NCBI GenBank assembly: GCA_905178155.1
Contig: CAJINV010000024.1
Location: forward strand, 75,494 to 139,493
Reading direction: 5' to 3'
Origin: Amoebophrya sp. A120
Taxonomy: Eukaryota; Protista; Dinoflagellata
Length of the DNA: 64,000 nt
The position numbers and the translations under genes were made by a program. This document shows, in pieces, positions 48,708 to 60,657 of this stretch; within the stretch, counting starts at the first letter, position 1, and the number at the start of each line of letters is the position of its first letter. The notes beneath the pieces were generated by a model. It was given only the letters and a program-made list of their open reading frames with translations. It made no database searches and was not told the origin of the DNA.

Positions 48708-48983
48708 TATCGAATGCAAATATCCCTGGATGTCTGGAAGACCGCAGAAGCTTGCCATGCTGTTTTTCCGTAACACGAAAGGTCTGGCATGCAGACTGTA
48801 GTTTTAATATTACAGGTCTTGACTATTTCAATGCCTAATTCGCATGACAAATCTTCTCTTTGCTCAGTGAGTCAAAGTGGGTCACTTCTTTTGCTGTCCG
48901 CGCATGACAGATTTTTGTGTGACTTGAAATGCGCATGACAAGTTCGGGTCCTTCCAGACATGCAGGGATATGTGCAATGAATA
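48708..48983. mobile_element. Introner, family A variant (B-only)
   Basis: TSD agctt/agcct; empty site in A = agcct near 2824. Confidence 0.88.
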
Positions 48984-49036
48984 AGCCTTCTCCCGATAAA
49001 ACTTGTTTCGGTTGAAAATCTCGTGTAATAACGAGT

Positions 49037-51148
49037 TATCCAGTGCAAAAGTATCTTCTCTAACTTGTATTGCAAACATGCATTACATGCCAAAAAAGAT
49101 GCCAATTTTGTTACGGTAAAAGCGCACCTTTTTAGTCGTAATTAGCGTCATTTTAGTGCAAAACTGGCCTTGTTAAGTCAAAAAAGACGAAAACGACGAA
49201 AATGCGCACGATGGCTTCACCTAGTTAAGCCTAAAAATTGCACAAATGTGCAAAGTGCGAACATTAAAAGGAAAAGGCCGCGAAGTTATCAAAATAGGCA
49301 CAAAAGTGCGCCGCTTTGCACATTCTCCAAAACTGCGCAAAATCGCAACAAGGCGCGCGCCGATGATTTTGCAGGGGTTCGCAGCGCGTTGGCGTTGTCG
49401 CACCCGTGACGCCAACCTCCGGCAGTTTGGTCGCACGTAGGACCAAAATTCGCCAAAAGAGCTCCCCTCAGCTCCAAAAAGCACAAAAACGCGGCAAAAT
49501 GAACGAAATATGGCAAAAAGACGGCGAAAGAAACCAGCCCCAGGCACTTTGGCCGTTTTTAGGTCCAAAATGCACCAAACGAGCTCCCTTTGGCTCGGAA
49601 AGGCACAAAAACGCAACAAAATAGGGGCCAAAAGCAGCGAAAAGACAACAAAAAAGGACGGCAGAGACAAAACGAGGACAATGGCGCCACTCTTAGCGCA
49701 AAACTTTACCGACTGCGACGCCTCTCGTGCTTGGTAGGTCGAACATGGGCAAAATCTGCAAGCTGTAGCGCAAAAAGGGCAAAAGTGCCACGCAAATGCG
49801 GAAAAAAAGCAAAAACGCCAGCGAGCCAGTCCGCTGCGCTCAGGTATGCAGAAAAACGCCACGCGATCAGCGCCTAGGTAGAGCAAAAAACACCAAAACA
49901 TCGCCCACACCAAGGAGCAGGCCGCTGGCGGGCAAGGCGAACCGGCCTCCGGGATTGCATTACATGCAGAATCACTAGGCACAAAAAAATACGCCACTGT
50001 GCACATTCTCCAAAACTGCGCAAAATCGCAACAAGGCGCGCGCCGATGATTTTGGAGGGGTTCGCAGCGCGTTGGCGTTGTCGCACCCGTAGAGCCAACC
50101 TCCGGCAGTTTGATCGCACTCAGGACCCAAATTCGCCAAAAGAGCTCCCGCACAAAAACGCGGCAAAATGAACGAAATACGGCAAAAAGACAGCGAAAGA
50201 AACCAGCCCCAGGCACTTTGGTCGTTTTTAGGTTCAAAATGCGCCGAACGAGCTCCCTTTGGCTCGAAAAGGCGCAAAAACGCAAAAAAATAGGGGCCAA
50301 AAGCAGCGAAAAGAAGAGAAAAAAGAGCGGCAGAGGCAATCAAAAAGAGGACAATGGCGCCATTCTTAGCGCAAAACTTTACCGACTGCGACGCCTCTCG
50401 TGCTTGGTAGGTCGAGCATGGGCAATATCTGCAAGCTGTAGCGCAAAAAGGGCAAAAGTGCCACACAAATGCGGAAAAAGACAAAAAACGGCAGCGAGCC
50501 ACTCCGCTGCGCTCAGGTATGCAGAAAAGCGCCACGCGATCAGCGCCTAGAACAAAAAACGCCAAAACACTGCCCACACCAAGGAGCAGGCCGATGGCTG
50601 GCAAGACGAACCGGCCTCCGGGGTTGCATTACATGCCAAACCAGCAAAAGGCCGCAGGGGCGCGCGGCTTTTTGCTGCTCTTTCAGGCTGCTTCGCGTAT
50701 TAACTTGCATGGACGCCAAAAAAAGTTAAAGCCTTCGGAAAGAAAAAGCGCACCCTTTTGATGCTAATTAGGCCCGTTGTAGTGTAAAATAAACGAGCCG
50801 CGCTAAGTTAAAAAAGCAAAAACATTACACGCAAGGGAAGACAACGCCGAAGGAGCGGGGCAAAGTTCGAAATTTTTCGCGAACGGGGGGAGGCGCAGCC
50901 CCCCGGCAGCGCAAGCTTGCGCGCGCTGCAAAAGTTCAAAAAAAGTTTCTCTTTTCATTCGTTCAAATATTCATCAGCTAAAATCTCGGGCGGTGCTCGA
51001 TTCAGATCTCTTGGGGAGTACTCGTAGTGATTGCAGTTATGCATTACAAACGCAGGCATTAGTGTCCATCCGCATTACAGATTTAATTTGTAATGCTGAG
51101 CAAATTTGTAATGCAATTACTACTAGTAAGGTAATTTTGCAATGCGTA
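49037..51148. mobile_element. Introner, family B (shared with A 2877), split by a 1.96-kb insert
   Basis: Left TIR ends at gtatc (49055) and resumes at gtactcgtag (51018). Confidence 0.85.
49056..51017. repeat. Non-coding insert with a ~683-bp tandem duplication and phased A-tracts
   Basis: gcacattctccaaaactgcgc at 49318 and 50001; absent from copy A; GC hairpins at ~50885-50928. Confidence 0.8.
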
Positions 51149-51285
51149 CTGGTTCTTCTTGGGCAATAGATTCCCCAGCCGGTCCTTGGCTTCCTTTTCC
51201 AAAAGGGGCTGCACGGTGAACATCGTCATCAGCTCCGGCTTCATGTGCACTCGCACGAGTGCTTGATTCAGTGATTCTTGCTGCG

Positions 51286-52267
51286 TATGCATTGCAAAAA
51301 TGTCTGGGTCTGGAAATTTGTGATGCTAAAATGTGCAAGAGGAAGTCACTCCCTCATGCAGGAAAGCATGACAAGGTTGCAGCGCGCTTTCTCATACGAA
51401 CTCCGCATGAGAAACTGCGTTTTTTTACCAAATATAGCCGCCGGGGCGGAGGTAGTGAGGTCGTGGGCGTTTTCTTGCCGGCCGTCGCCTTGGCCGCGGC
51501 TTTGCTTTTTCTTGGCTCGCCATACCGCCGTGAGTAACGTTAGGCCGCACGGTATGGCGGCCGCTTGATAAACGTCGCAAATTTTGGCAAATTACCGACA
51601 TTCCTTTCCGAAGGCCAGCCCCCATGCTATGGGGCCGATCCAGGTGCCACGGGGGGCGCCCAAAAAGCGAAGAAAAATCGGGCCCATAGCATGCCGATTG
51701 GCTTCGCGCGTCTGGGGTGCTTTTTCTTTTTCGCGTTTTTATTTTTCACGCCAGCGCTTTCACAAAGCTTCCCAGGCTCTGAAACCGGCGAAAAGGCCGC
51801 CGCTTTCGCGGCCGCCCAAAATGCTCCGAAATCGCGGCCGTGCCATGCTGTTTCGCTGTTCTGATTTTGGGCGCGTTTTTTGCGCGCCCCTTTTTGGGCG
51901 CCCCAAATCGCCAGAAACTAAGGCGGTGGGCGCCTCAGAAGGGCGCCCCTTTTGCCGGCTCCCCTGCGTCGTTTTATCAAGTGCGAGTCGATAGTTTTCG
52001 ACCGGGCTTGTTTGCCACAAACGCCCCGGCCGCTTGATAAGTGAAAACTTTTTATGCTCAAAAACACTTCCGGCCGCTTGAAAACTGCCGGTCGTTTTGC
52101 TGTCTGGCTGGCAAAAAAACTCCCTGATTAGAACCGTTCGGTGACCTCACTACATATGACAGAAGAGGCTACCACTGTTCTTGGTCATGCAATACAGATT
52201 TCACAGGAATGTAAGACCAGCATTACAAGTGCCAACTTTCCAGACCCAGACATTTTTGCAATCCATA
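51286..52267. mobile_element. Introner, family A (B-only), with ~730-bp nested insert
   Basis: TSD ctgcg; empty in A near 3533. Confidence 0.9.
51427..52155 (-). mobile_element. Possible non-autonomous Helentron/Helitron2-like element
   Basis: Asymmetric 11-bp IR gtagtgaggtc (51452) / gacctcactac (52143); hairpin ccgccggggcgg (51438-51449); no TSD; ends approximate. Confidence 0.45.
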
Positions 52268-52643
52268 CTGCGGCTCGCCCAGCGCCGGCAGTGGGCCCGG
52301 AAGCTGGTGGGCCGGCATGTTCAAAGCCTCATCCAGTGTCGCGGTTCTTTTACCCCCCAGAGGGAATTTCTTGCCCGGTGGGTCCTCCGTTGCCACCGAC
52401 TTCAGCCGGTTGTTTTCGATCTTCAGCTGCGTCACCGCGTCTTTCGGCTTGGAGACAATTTTCACGTTCGGGGGCAACGACCGGGGGTTCACGCTGGTCA
52501 CCGGGAAATTTTCTTCGACCCACTGCGTTTGTCGCGTCACCGCCTCGCGGATGTCGCGCTCATTTGTCTCCGCTTCACCGTGCTGCTTTTCGAGATAGTC
52601 GCGCAGCGTCTTCTCGTAGACGAACTGCAGTTCGCCACTGAAC

Positions 52644-52858
52644 TATGCAAGAAAAAAACTGTCACTGTGTAAGTGTAAGTCTGTGACGCAGGAAATGCTA
52701 AACTGTTACACTTGTCATGCTAGAGGTGCGTCATAGGCCACTTTCATAGGTGTTTCCACGTACTCGCTGCGCATGACAGGTTTTACCTGTAATGCAAAGC
52801 GAATTTGTGATGCTGATCTTCCTACAAAGTTACACTTACACAGTTTTTTTCCTGGATA
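52644..52858. mobile_element. Introner, family C (B-only)
   Basis: TSD tgaac; empty in A near 4717. Confidence 0.92.
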
Positions 52859-52897
52859 TGAACCCGGACGCGAGGGAGATCAGGTCTCTCGCCAAGT

Positions 52898-53059
52898 TAT
52901 GCATTGCAAAAGTGTATCGTACTAGTAGGAATCGCATGACAAATTCACTTAGCATCGGAAAAAAATGGAGTTATTTGTCATGCTGTTTTACCTTGGAATG
53001 GATATTTGTAATGCATGACTGCGATTTTTACTTGGACTGCGATACTTTTGCACAGGATA
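52898..53059. mobile_element. Introner, family B (B-only)
   Basis: TSD caagt; empty in A near 4751. Confidence 0.9.
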
Positions 53060-53147
53060 CAAGTGGGGCCGCTCGGTCTTGTCGGCGCGAACGAACTTGA
53101 TTTGCATCTCCAAGACGGAGAAAAACGTGCTGTAACTGCCAGAGATC

Positions 53148-56100
53148 TATGCATTGCAAAAATGTCTGGGCCTGGAAGGATGCAACTTGTATATGCTAAT
53201 TCTGGATCGTGCAAAAATCTGTGTTGCACAAATGCCAAAAGTTGTCCACTTTTGACCAAGTTAGTAGTAGTAGCACCATTTAATTAACTCCTGACGGGTC
53301 GGCGTTAGAACAGATTTGACCTCTGCCAATACCTGGGCGCTAGAACAGATTTAGTCTCTGCCGATACCCCTAGGTGGATACGCGATCCACTTCCTAGCTA
53401 CCACCCGTCTGCACCCGCAAAACCGCTATCGATTGCTTACGCGTAGCTACAACCAGTAGGCGGGCGCTATGTGTGGCTGACCTGCCTCACCATCCAAGCC
53501 CGCGAGCAGGGTGGAGCTCCAGCATTGCCCATACAAGCTTGCGCATGCAACGTCTTACTTTTGTGGCCGGTTGCGCGCTAAAAAATACACTGGGGGTCTA
53601 ATGATCACACACGGCGATCCTATCGCGATGGCAGACGACCCCCCGGCGTGTCCCTTTCAGGCACTTTTTGCCGACCTGTTTCCCGCGCCCTTTTCTATGC
53701 GTTTCCGGAGAATCGGCCCGCGGAGCTCCGCATTTGCAGAGCCGCCACCGGGCCCGCCCCGGGGGACCCCTTGGGGAAGGGGGGCGCTGCTTTCGCGCAG
53801 TCTTTAAACTAGCAACCCTGCCGCCACTTCTTTAATCGCGGAGAGCCAGCCCCGGCGGGCGACTGCCTAAATTCCCGCTATTTTTTGAACCGCCCAAGCC
53901 CTAGCCTGGGCGAGCAAGCCCGCCCTGGGCAATAGGCCGAGGCGGGCAACCCTTGCCGGGGACACAGGCGGGGCGCGGGCGCCTTGCAGAACGCAGACGC
54001 CTGAGCCCATCGCCGAAGACCCGCCAGAAAGGCGCAGTGGCGAAGCAATTGCGCCGCCAACCCTTTCAACCGTTCTTGACCACGTCCCGAAATTTTCTAA
54101 GTTTGCGCCTAAATTTCAGAGCAACGGCCGACATAGGCAAAATCGCACGCAAATTGCCCAACTGGGCAAATTAGACAAAAAATAGACAGCAGCCGAAGCG
54201 GCCAAGGCCGCTGCTTAGACAGAAACTAGAGGCGGCAAAGGCCGCGAATATAGACAGGAAAATAGACAAAAAACTAGACAGGAAAATAGACAAGAAATTA
54301 GACAAAAACTTAGACAAGAACTTAGACAGGAAATTAGACAAGAAATTAGACAAGAAATTAGACAAGAAATTAGCGCCCACACAAGAGCGCCGACGGTAGG
54401 AAAATTAGCGCGAAAATAAAGAGCCTGGCGCCGGGGGCGGCTCTGTGCGACTTTAATCCATTCCCTTTGTTTCTTTTCCTCTCCTTTTTCTTTTTGTGCA
54501 GTTAGCAGCGCCTTGCTACATGGAGTCAGCTGGCGGGGACGGGATGAAAAGCAGCGCCGTGCCCCGGGGGCTGGCGAGAGCGATATGATTAGCATCGTCG
54601 CACCCCGTAGCAGGGCTGGCGGGGACCTGTCGAGACGGGGTCCGCGCGCTGCCATCTTGAAAAGGGCATTTGTCATGCGGAGTAGGCATCAGGAAGCCGT
54701 CCAAAAATCTGTGACGCTAGGTCGTGCATTGCAGACATCTCGGGCCAACAAGCCCCGCCGTCGTGGTACTTGCGCCAGGCCCGCCGCCGCGCCGGCTTTC
54801 CCAGTCCGACACGCTTCCAGCTGGTTCCCGCGGACGACAGCACCGCACCCGCGCCCTGCTTCCAGTAGCCCCGCACGAACTTCGTAACGCCCTCGGACTT
54901 TGCGGCCGCGGCCGCCCGGCGCAGCGCCGGCGCAAGGCGGTCCGCCAGTCGCTCGGCGAAAAGTAGGCGCCGCGCCGCAATGGGCTCCCACCGTCCGACT
55001 CCAGCAAGCCGCTACCACCGTAATCGACCACGATCGCCCTGAACGTCAGCCACCCGCGAAGGCTCTCGGCCACGCTTTTCGAAGCTGCCCCGCCATGCTG
55101 CTGCTGGTCCTCCGGGTGTCCGATAAGAAGCGCGCCTGCGATGCAGCTCGCTGCGATGCAGCTCGCTGCCCGCGTCACCCGCACCACGCAAATCGTCGAA
55201 CCACTTGACTGCCATCGTCCGCACCAACATGCGAAGCGTCGCCGCGTCCGTTTTCCGGGAGACCGGGCTGCGTGTGCTCGAACAAGTGGAGGCCGACGAA
55301 ACCGGACACATAGAGCAGCGCCGTTTGTCCCAAGCGTTTTCCGAACTTCCCAGGCGCTTCCGCACCTCTCCAGCGAGGTCGTGCCGCCGGGTGCTTTCCG
55401 GGTTCACCAGGTCGCGCGACATGGTGCGAGCCCGCCGCAAGTCCTCCTCTGTCCTCGAAGTCCTCCTGGTCCTCCGCGCCGGTTCTTTTCCCGCCCCCGC
55501 CGGTGGCAAACTGCACGCCATCGAGAAGTCCCGCCGTCTTCTTCTCCGAGGCCGCTTCTGACTGCGGAAGTTGCGTCTGCTGCCGGAGTAGCTGGGCACC
55601 GCGAGGGCTGACAGGGTCCCCAACCTGCCACAGGACCAAGCAGACGAAATGCGCAACGGTCTCGCTGTTAGGGTTGACATCGCCCCGGCCGATCATCCCA
55701 CAGAACGGCGCCAGCGAGCTGGTGCGTCGAACCGGCGCGAACCCTGCCGAGCTGCTCCAGCGCCCTCTCCTGCGTCCGTGCCACTACTGGAGGCAATTCG
55801 CGCAGCGCAGGCCTGGTTCTCATTGTGGTCGACACCTGCGAACCCCAGCAAGCTCTTGCAACTCTCCTCGCTGATGGGCCACGTACTGCAGCAGCGACGC
55901 AGCTGGACCCAGGCCCCAGCTGGCGCGGGGCTTCCACTTTCGCCGGCCGGCGCGCGCGTGTCCCGCGCCCATCTTCCTCGCGAATGTTTCGCCCGCCGCG
56001 GCCCCCCGAATCTTCGGAGGCAGGTAGAGGAGGCCGAGGCCCACGCGGTTCTCCCGTATGATCTGGCCGGCCTTCAGCTTCTCCCACTGCACTGCTTTGG

Positions 56101-58001
56101 CCCCTGTAGCCTTGCCGTTGAGCGTCCCGAGCCGGCAAAACAGCGGGGCCCGGCCGGTCGTAGCGTCCCACTTGTGGCCCGCATCTTCAAGAGCCTGGCG
56201 GAGGGGCTCGAAGTCGTCCCATGCCTGCGCCCTGCCGAAGGTGTGCGCTGCAACATTTGCGGCCAGACAGTTCCACCGGGATCGGCTTCCCGGCGGACTC
56301 AATCCGCCGGGAAGCCGATCCCGGTGGAACTGTCTACACTGTCTGCAGTCTTCTACAGAGTCTGCTGTCTTCATCTACACTGTCTGACTACACTGTCTAC
56401 GGGAGTCTTCGCCTGCAGTCTGCTACAGTCCGACTGTAGCAGACTGCAGGCGAAGACTGCGAACGCCTCCCGGTGCTGCGCCAAAGCCGCGCCCTTTGCC
56501 AACTCAAATACTACGGCTCGCTGGCTGTCGGGATTCTCGGGTAGGGTCTTGGTGTAGTACGGAGTGAAGGCCAACGCATTACGCGCCTCGGTGGTAGTGG
56601 AGCCGGTGGCCGCCTTCGCGGGTGAGCTGCTAGCGCCAGCAGCCGCTCCGGGGGCCCCCGCGCTTTTTCCTGCTTGCATAGCTTTGCCTATCGCCTTGCC
56701 ACGTGCGTCGACTTCCTTCCCGGCTTCGCTCGTCTTCTTCTGCGAGTCCTTGCGTGCCTTCTGCAGCTTCTTGCGCAAGGCCTCCGCTTTTGGGTCGGAC
56801 TTGGCCAGGGCGAGCATTGCAGCCGCCCCGGACTCCGGGCCGCCGCCGTTGCTGCCCAAGCGTCGCTTGTCAAGATATGCCCCGAGGGAATGCAGGCGCT
56901 TCTTCTGGTCCGAGAGCGGGAGGCATAGGCCCCCGAGAAAGGCCGCCACATCGAACTCCAGGGGGAACACTCTCAGAGTCGGGCGAAGTTCGCCCGCGCG
57001 CCGGTCCAAAATCAGGCAGCAGGTGGGGCCGCAGAAGATGGCCGCGCTTAGCTCGAGTGGCTCGCTCTTCTGTGTGGAGTCACCAGCGCCGCCGGCTGGA
57101 TCGCCACCGCCTGCGCCGCACAGGTCTCGGCCCAACTGTGTAGAGCGCTGCAGGCAGCAGCTCAGTCAGTGGCCCACGAAGCAGCCGCCACCCGTCCTCG
57201 TTCACGGCTGTGAAACCGTCGGGCGCCTTAGCAGCTGCCCGCCCGGAGTCGAGATAACCCCACGGGGCCGCGATGTTTTCCTGCACATCCAGCAGCGTTT
57301 CGGCAAAACCTTCGCGCCCTTGCTGCATCCGGGTGCGGATGCCTTGGGTCCCGAGAAGCCGACAAATGCCCAGGGGGTTGCGGAGGTTCGTCACGACGCG
57401 CGCGACGTCGTCGCCTACTTTCGGGGGCTTGGATGCTTTCCCGCCTACCTTCGCCGGCGGCGCGGAAGGATCAACGGGCAGCAATCGCCGCCGCGCGAAG
57501 TCGGGCTGCGGTTCCGGAGCAGTGAGCACATCTGAAGACGCGCTCTCCGATGGCTTTGCAGTGGCTTCTAGCTGCGTCTTTCGCGATTCAATGCTGGAGA
57601 TCGAAAGCGACCACTTCTCATCCACATCCCCTCGCGTTAGGGACGCGGCGCAATCCGGCTGTCGAGGGTCCAGGGAGCTCTCGACCGTTCTGACCAAGTC
57701 GGTGGCCGCGTCGACGCCCTCGTTTGTCGCTACGCGCTCTGGGTCAAGCGACGCGCTGGCGCCTGCGTGTCTTTTCTGCAATTTCAACAGTCGCCGCGCC
57801 AGCTTTCGACTGCCCTCAATAAACGCTGATAGCCTGGCCACCTTCGCCAAGTTGGGAGGAGGCTTCTCATGCAGGATAGGCATGATAGGGGTCTCACAGA
57901 ATCTGTCATGCAAGGTCCTGCATATCAGACGGCATGGATCATGGAAAATCTGCATGACAAATCTCGCAATTTCCCAGACTCAGACATTTTTGCATTTGAT
58001 A
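53148..58001. mobile_element. Introner, family A, with nested retroelement 53263-57846 (counterpart of 4839-9009)
   Basis: TSD agatc; inner TSD ccaagtt. Confidence 0.9.
53836..54450. mobile_element. MITE with ~22-bp imperfect TIRs, 6-bp TSD and an internal 12-bp tandem array
   Basis: tcgcggagagccagccccggcg..cgccgggggcggctctgtgcga; TSD ctttaa; absent in A (~5542); (aaattagacaag)n at ~54170-54372. Confidence 0.75.
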
Positions 58002-58133
58002 AGATCGAGGAGGTCGACAGCCTGTCGATCTTGTTTTCGTTCAGAATTTTCGACCACATCGTCAAAAGCTTGCAGTTATCCACGAGCAAAATCTCCAGCA
58101 AAACTGTTCGCCTCGAGGCTCGTGTCTTGATGG

Positions 58134-58347
58134 TATGCAAGAAAAAAACTGCGTAAGTAAGTGTAAGTTTGTAATGCAGAACATGCAACAGAGTAACGCC
58201 TGTCATGCCAGACAGCCACGAAGTCCGCTGCTCGTGTGCGTTCTCCCTTACGAGCCACGCATGACAGGTTTTCTCTGTCATGTAGAGCAAATTTGTGATG
58301 CTGTCAGCCAAAGAGAGTTACACTAACACAGTTTTTTTTCTTGGATA
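58134..58347. mobile_element. Introner, family C (B-only)
   Basis: tatgcaagaaaaaaactg..cagttttttttcttggata; TSD gatgg/gatgc. Confidence 0.9.
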
Positions 58348-58553
58348 GATGCGTTGTGGTGCCTACAACTTCCTTGGTGGAATTCTTTAAATCTCTTTCA
58401 GCATCATCTTCTTTCTTGCAGTACAGCCGTCTCACATTTTTCTCGTAGATCCCGGCCACCTCCTCGAGCATGCAGTCCTGGATGCGCTTCGCCCCTTTCG
58501 CCAAGGTCTCCAGCTGCTTCTCCTGCTTTTCCAAAACGTACGCGAACCGCAGA

Positions 58554-58760
58554 TATCAAATGCAAACATGTCTGGGGCTGAATAGCGAATTTGTGTTGCT
58601 GAGTCTTGCGTGACAAACTGCGAGTCCTGGTGCGTTTTGCATGACAAACTACCTTTCAGCACGACAAAATAGCTAGCCAATCCTCCTCATGCATCACAGA
58701 TCTTTTTGTCCTGCAAATTTCGCATCACAAATCCAGACTCAGACATATTTGCAATGCATA
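58554..58760. mobile_element. Introner, family A variant (B-only)
   Basis: TSD gcaga; empty in A near 11557. Confidence 0.88.
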
Positions 58761-58831
58761 GCAGAAACCGATTGCGGAAATACCGGTTGTCTTCCAGCCG
58801 GACGTCCACGAAATAGTTTTCCAGCGAGTAC

Positions 58832-59084
58832 TATCAACTGCAAAAGTGTCTGGGTCTGGAAACTTGTAATGCTGCGTTGGGAATAGTGACTGCTCTGTAA
58901 TGCACAGGCAAGCATGAGAAATGTCTGCGCTTCTTTGTGTTGCGTTTTTCGCATGACAAACTGCGTTTTTGCATGACAGGCAAAAGGGTCTCCTCTTGGA
59001 CACGCATAACAAGCTTTTTCGTCATGCCAGACAAGCATGACAAATCTCGCAATCTTCCAGACCCAGACATATTTGCAATCCGTA
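58832..59084. mobile_element. Introner, family A, at the site occupied by a family C-like IE in copy A
   Basis: gtctgggtctgg TIR core; TSD agtac. Confidence 0.9.
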
Positions 59085-59345
59085 AGTACTCAAAGTCGTC
59101 CATAATTTCCGCCAGCTGCCCCGCGTCCTGCTTGCACTTTTCCGCAACCACCGCTGCGGGCGAGGCCGGGTGCAGTTTGTGCAGTGTCCACTTCCCGCTC
59201 AGCCGCTTCGCGTTCTCGAGGACCAAACTGTTGATGCGGTTCAGCTGGTCTACCATGTTGCTGATCACCGACTGCCCCGGCGCAGTGCCGATCGGGAGGC
59301 CGGGACCCGGCCGTTTGAATGGCTGGCTGAAGTACGTCGGCTGCG

Positions 59346-59669
59346 TATCAAAATGAAAACTCTCCCCCATATCAAAGCGGATATCTGTGATGCGGGATTT
59401 GTGTACTTATACACAAATCACATTTGTCTTGCAGGAAAGCACTGCACGCAGACCGCAAGCCTAAGGGGGGACCTTTTGGTGTCGGGGCCCAGCATGGCAG
59501 ACGTCTGCCCAGTAGGTCTTGCAGCATTACAAACCGCCTGCATATCGCGGCGGACTCTGTGGGTTTGCCCTCTGGCAAGACAGACAGGATTTGTGGTCAC
59601 AAATCTGCATCAAAAATTTTCGGAAGGACATGTTTTCAATATGGGGAGGAAGTATTTTTCCTTGCAATA
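59346..59669. mobile_element. Introner, family D (B-only)
   Basis: TSD ctgcg; empty in A near 12831. Confidence 0.9.
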
Positions 59670-59756
59670 CTGCGCGAACTCGCGTTCGTGATAGGGCCGT
59701 CGGGGCTTGGCGGTGCTGCTGCTGCTCGTCTTTGGCGAAGGAACAACGGGAGGTGC

Positions 59757-59965
59757 TATGCAAGAAAAAAACTGCGTGAGTGTAACTCTGTAATGCAGAA
59801 TATGCAACAGAATTGCGCCTGTCATGCCACACAGCCACTAAGTCCTTTTTTTCTGTGTGTTTTCCCTCACAAGCCACGCATGACAGGTTTTCACTGTCAT
59901 GTAGAGCAAATTTGTGATGCTGTCAGCCAAAGAAAGTTACACTTACACAGTTTTTTTCTTTCATA
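59757..59965. mobile_element. Introner, family C (B-only)
   Basis: TSD ggtgc; empty in A near 13247. Confidence 0.92.
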
Positions 59966-60178
59966 GGTGCTGCGCCAGTTGTACCAGTGTTGCCCACAGC
60001 TCCTTCCTTCACTGCTGCTGCCGCCGCCGCGCGGGATTTCTCCCCCGCGGCTATCATCGCCCGCAGATCCGGGGAACCGAGGTCCTCCGTCAACACCGTC
60101 ATCTTTTTTCTTTTTCCGTGAATCACGGGCGTTGCGTCTCCGTCTTCATTTTCCTCCGGCCAGTGCTCGGTTGGTGGC

Positions 60179-60391
60179 TATGCAAGAAAAAAACTGTCTA
60201 AGTGTAACTCTGCAATGCAGAACATGCAACAGAGTTACACTTGTCATGCCAGACAGCCGTGAATTCCTCTTTTCATGTGTGTTTTTCCTTACAAGCCACA
60301 CATGACAGGTTTTCTCTGTCATGTGGAGCAAATTTGTAATGCTGTCAAGAACCAAAGAAAGTTACACTAACACAGTTTTTTTTCTTGGATA
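60179..60391. mobile_element. Introner, family C (B-only)
   Basis: TSD gtggc; empty in A near 14015. Confidence 0.92.
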
Positions 60392-60492
60392 GTGGCGTGA
60401 GGAAAAGTAGTCTTGTGACAAGGGACCGCAGCTTGCCCTCGTCATCCAGGTCCGCGAAGTACTGAATGTCATCGTCCACGTGCGTTTCCACG

Positions 60493-60657
60493 TATGCAAT
60501 GCAAAAGCATCGTACAACTCGTAGTGATCGCAGTTATGCATTACAAATCTCCATCAAAAGGTAAAACAGCATGACACATCCTATTTCTCATGCTGAGCAA
60601 ATTTGTAATGCAATTCATACTAGATGAACTAGTGCGATCATGCTTTTGCAATGCATA
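60493..60657. mobile_element. Introner, family B (shared with A 14383)
   Basis: TSD ccacg. Confidence 0.9.

Noticed and set aside
49221-50604. 372-aa and 209-aa Phe/Cys-rich ORFs
   Set aside because: By-products of the A-tract tandem repeat; frames are not conserved between repeat units.
54171-54380. (FLSN)n repeat ORF
   Set aside because: Translation of the 12-bp tandem array inside the MITE.
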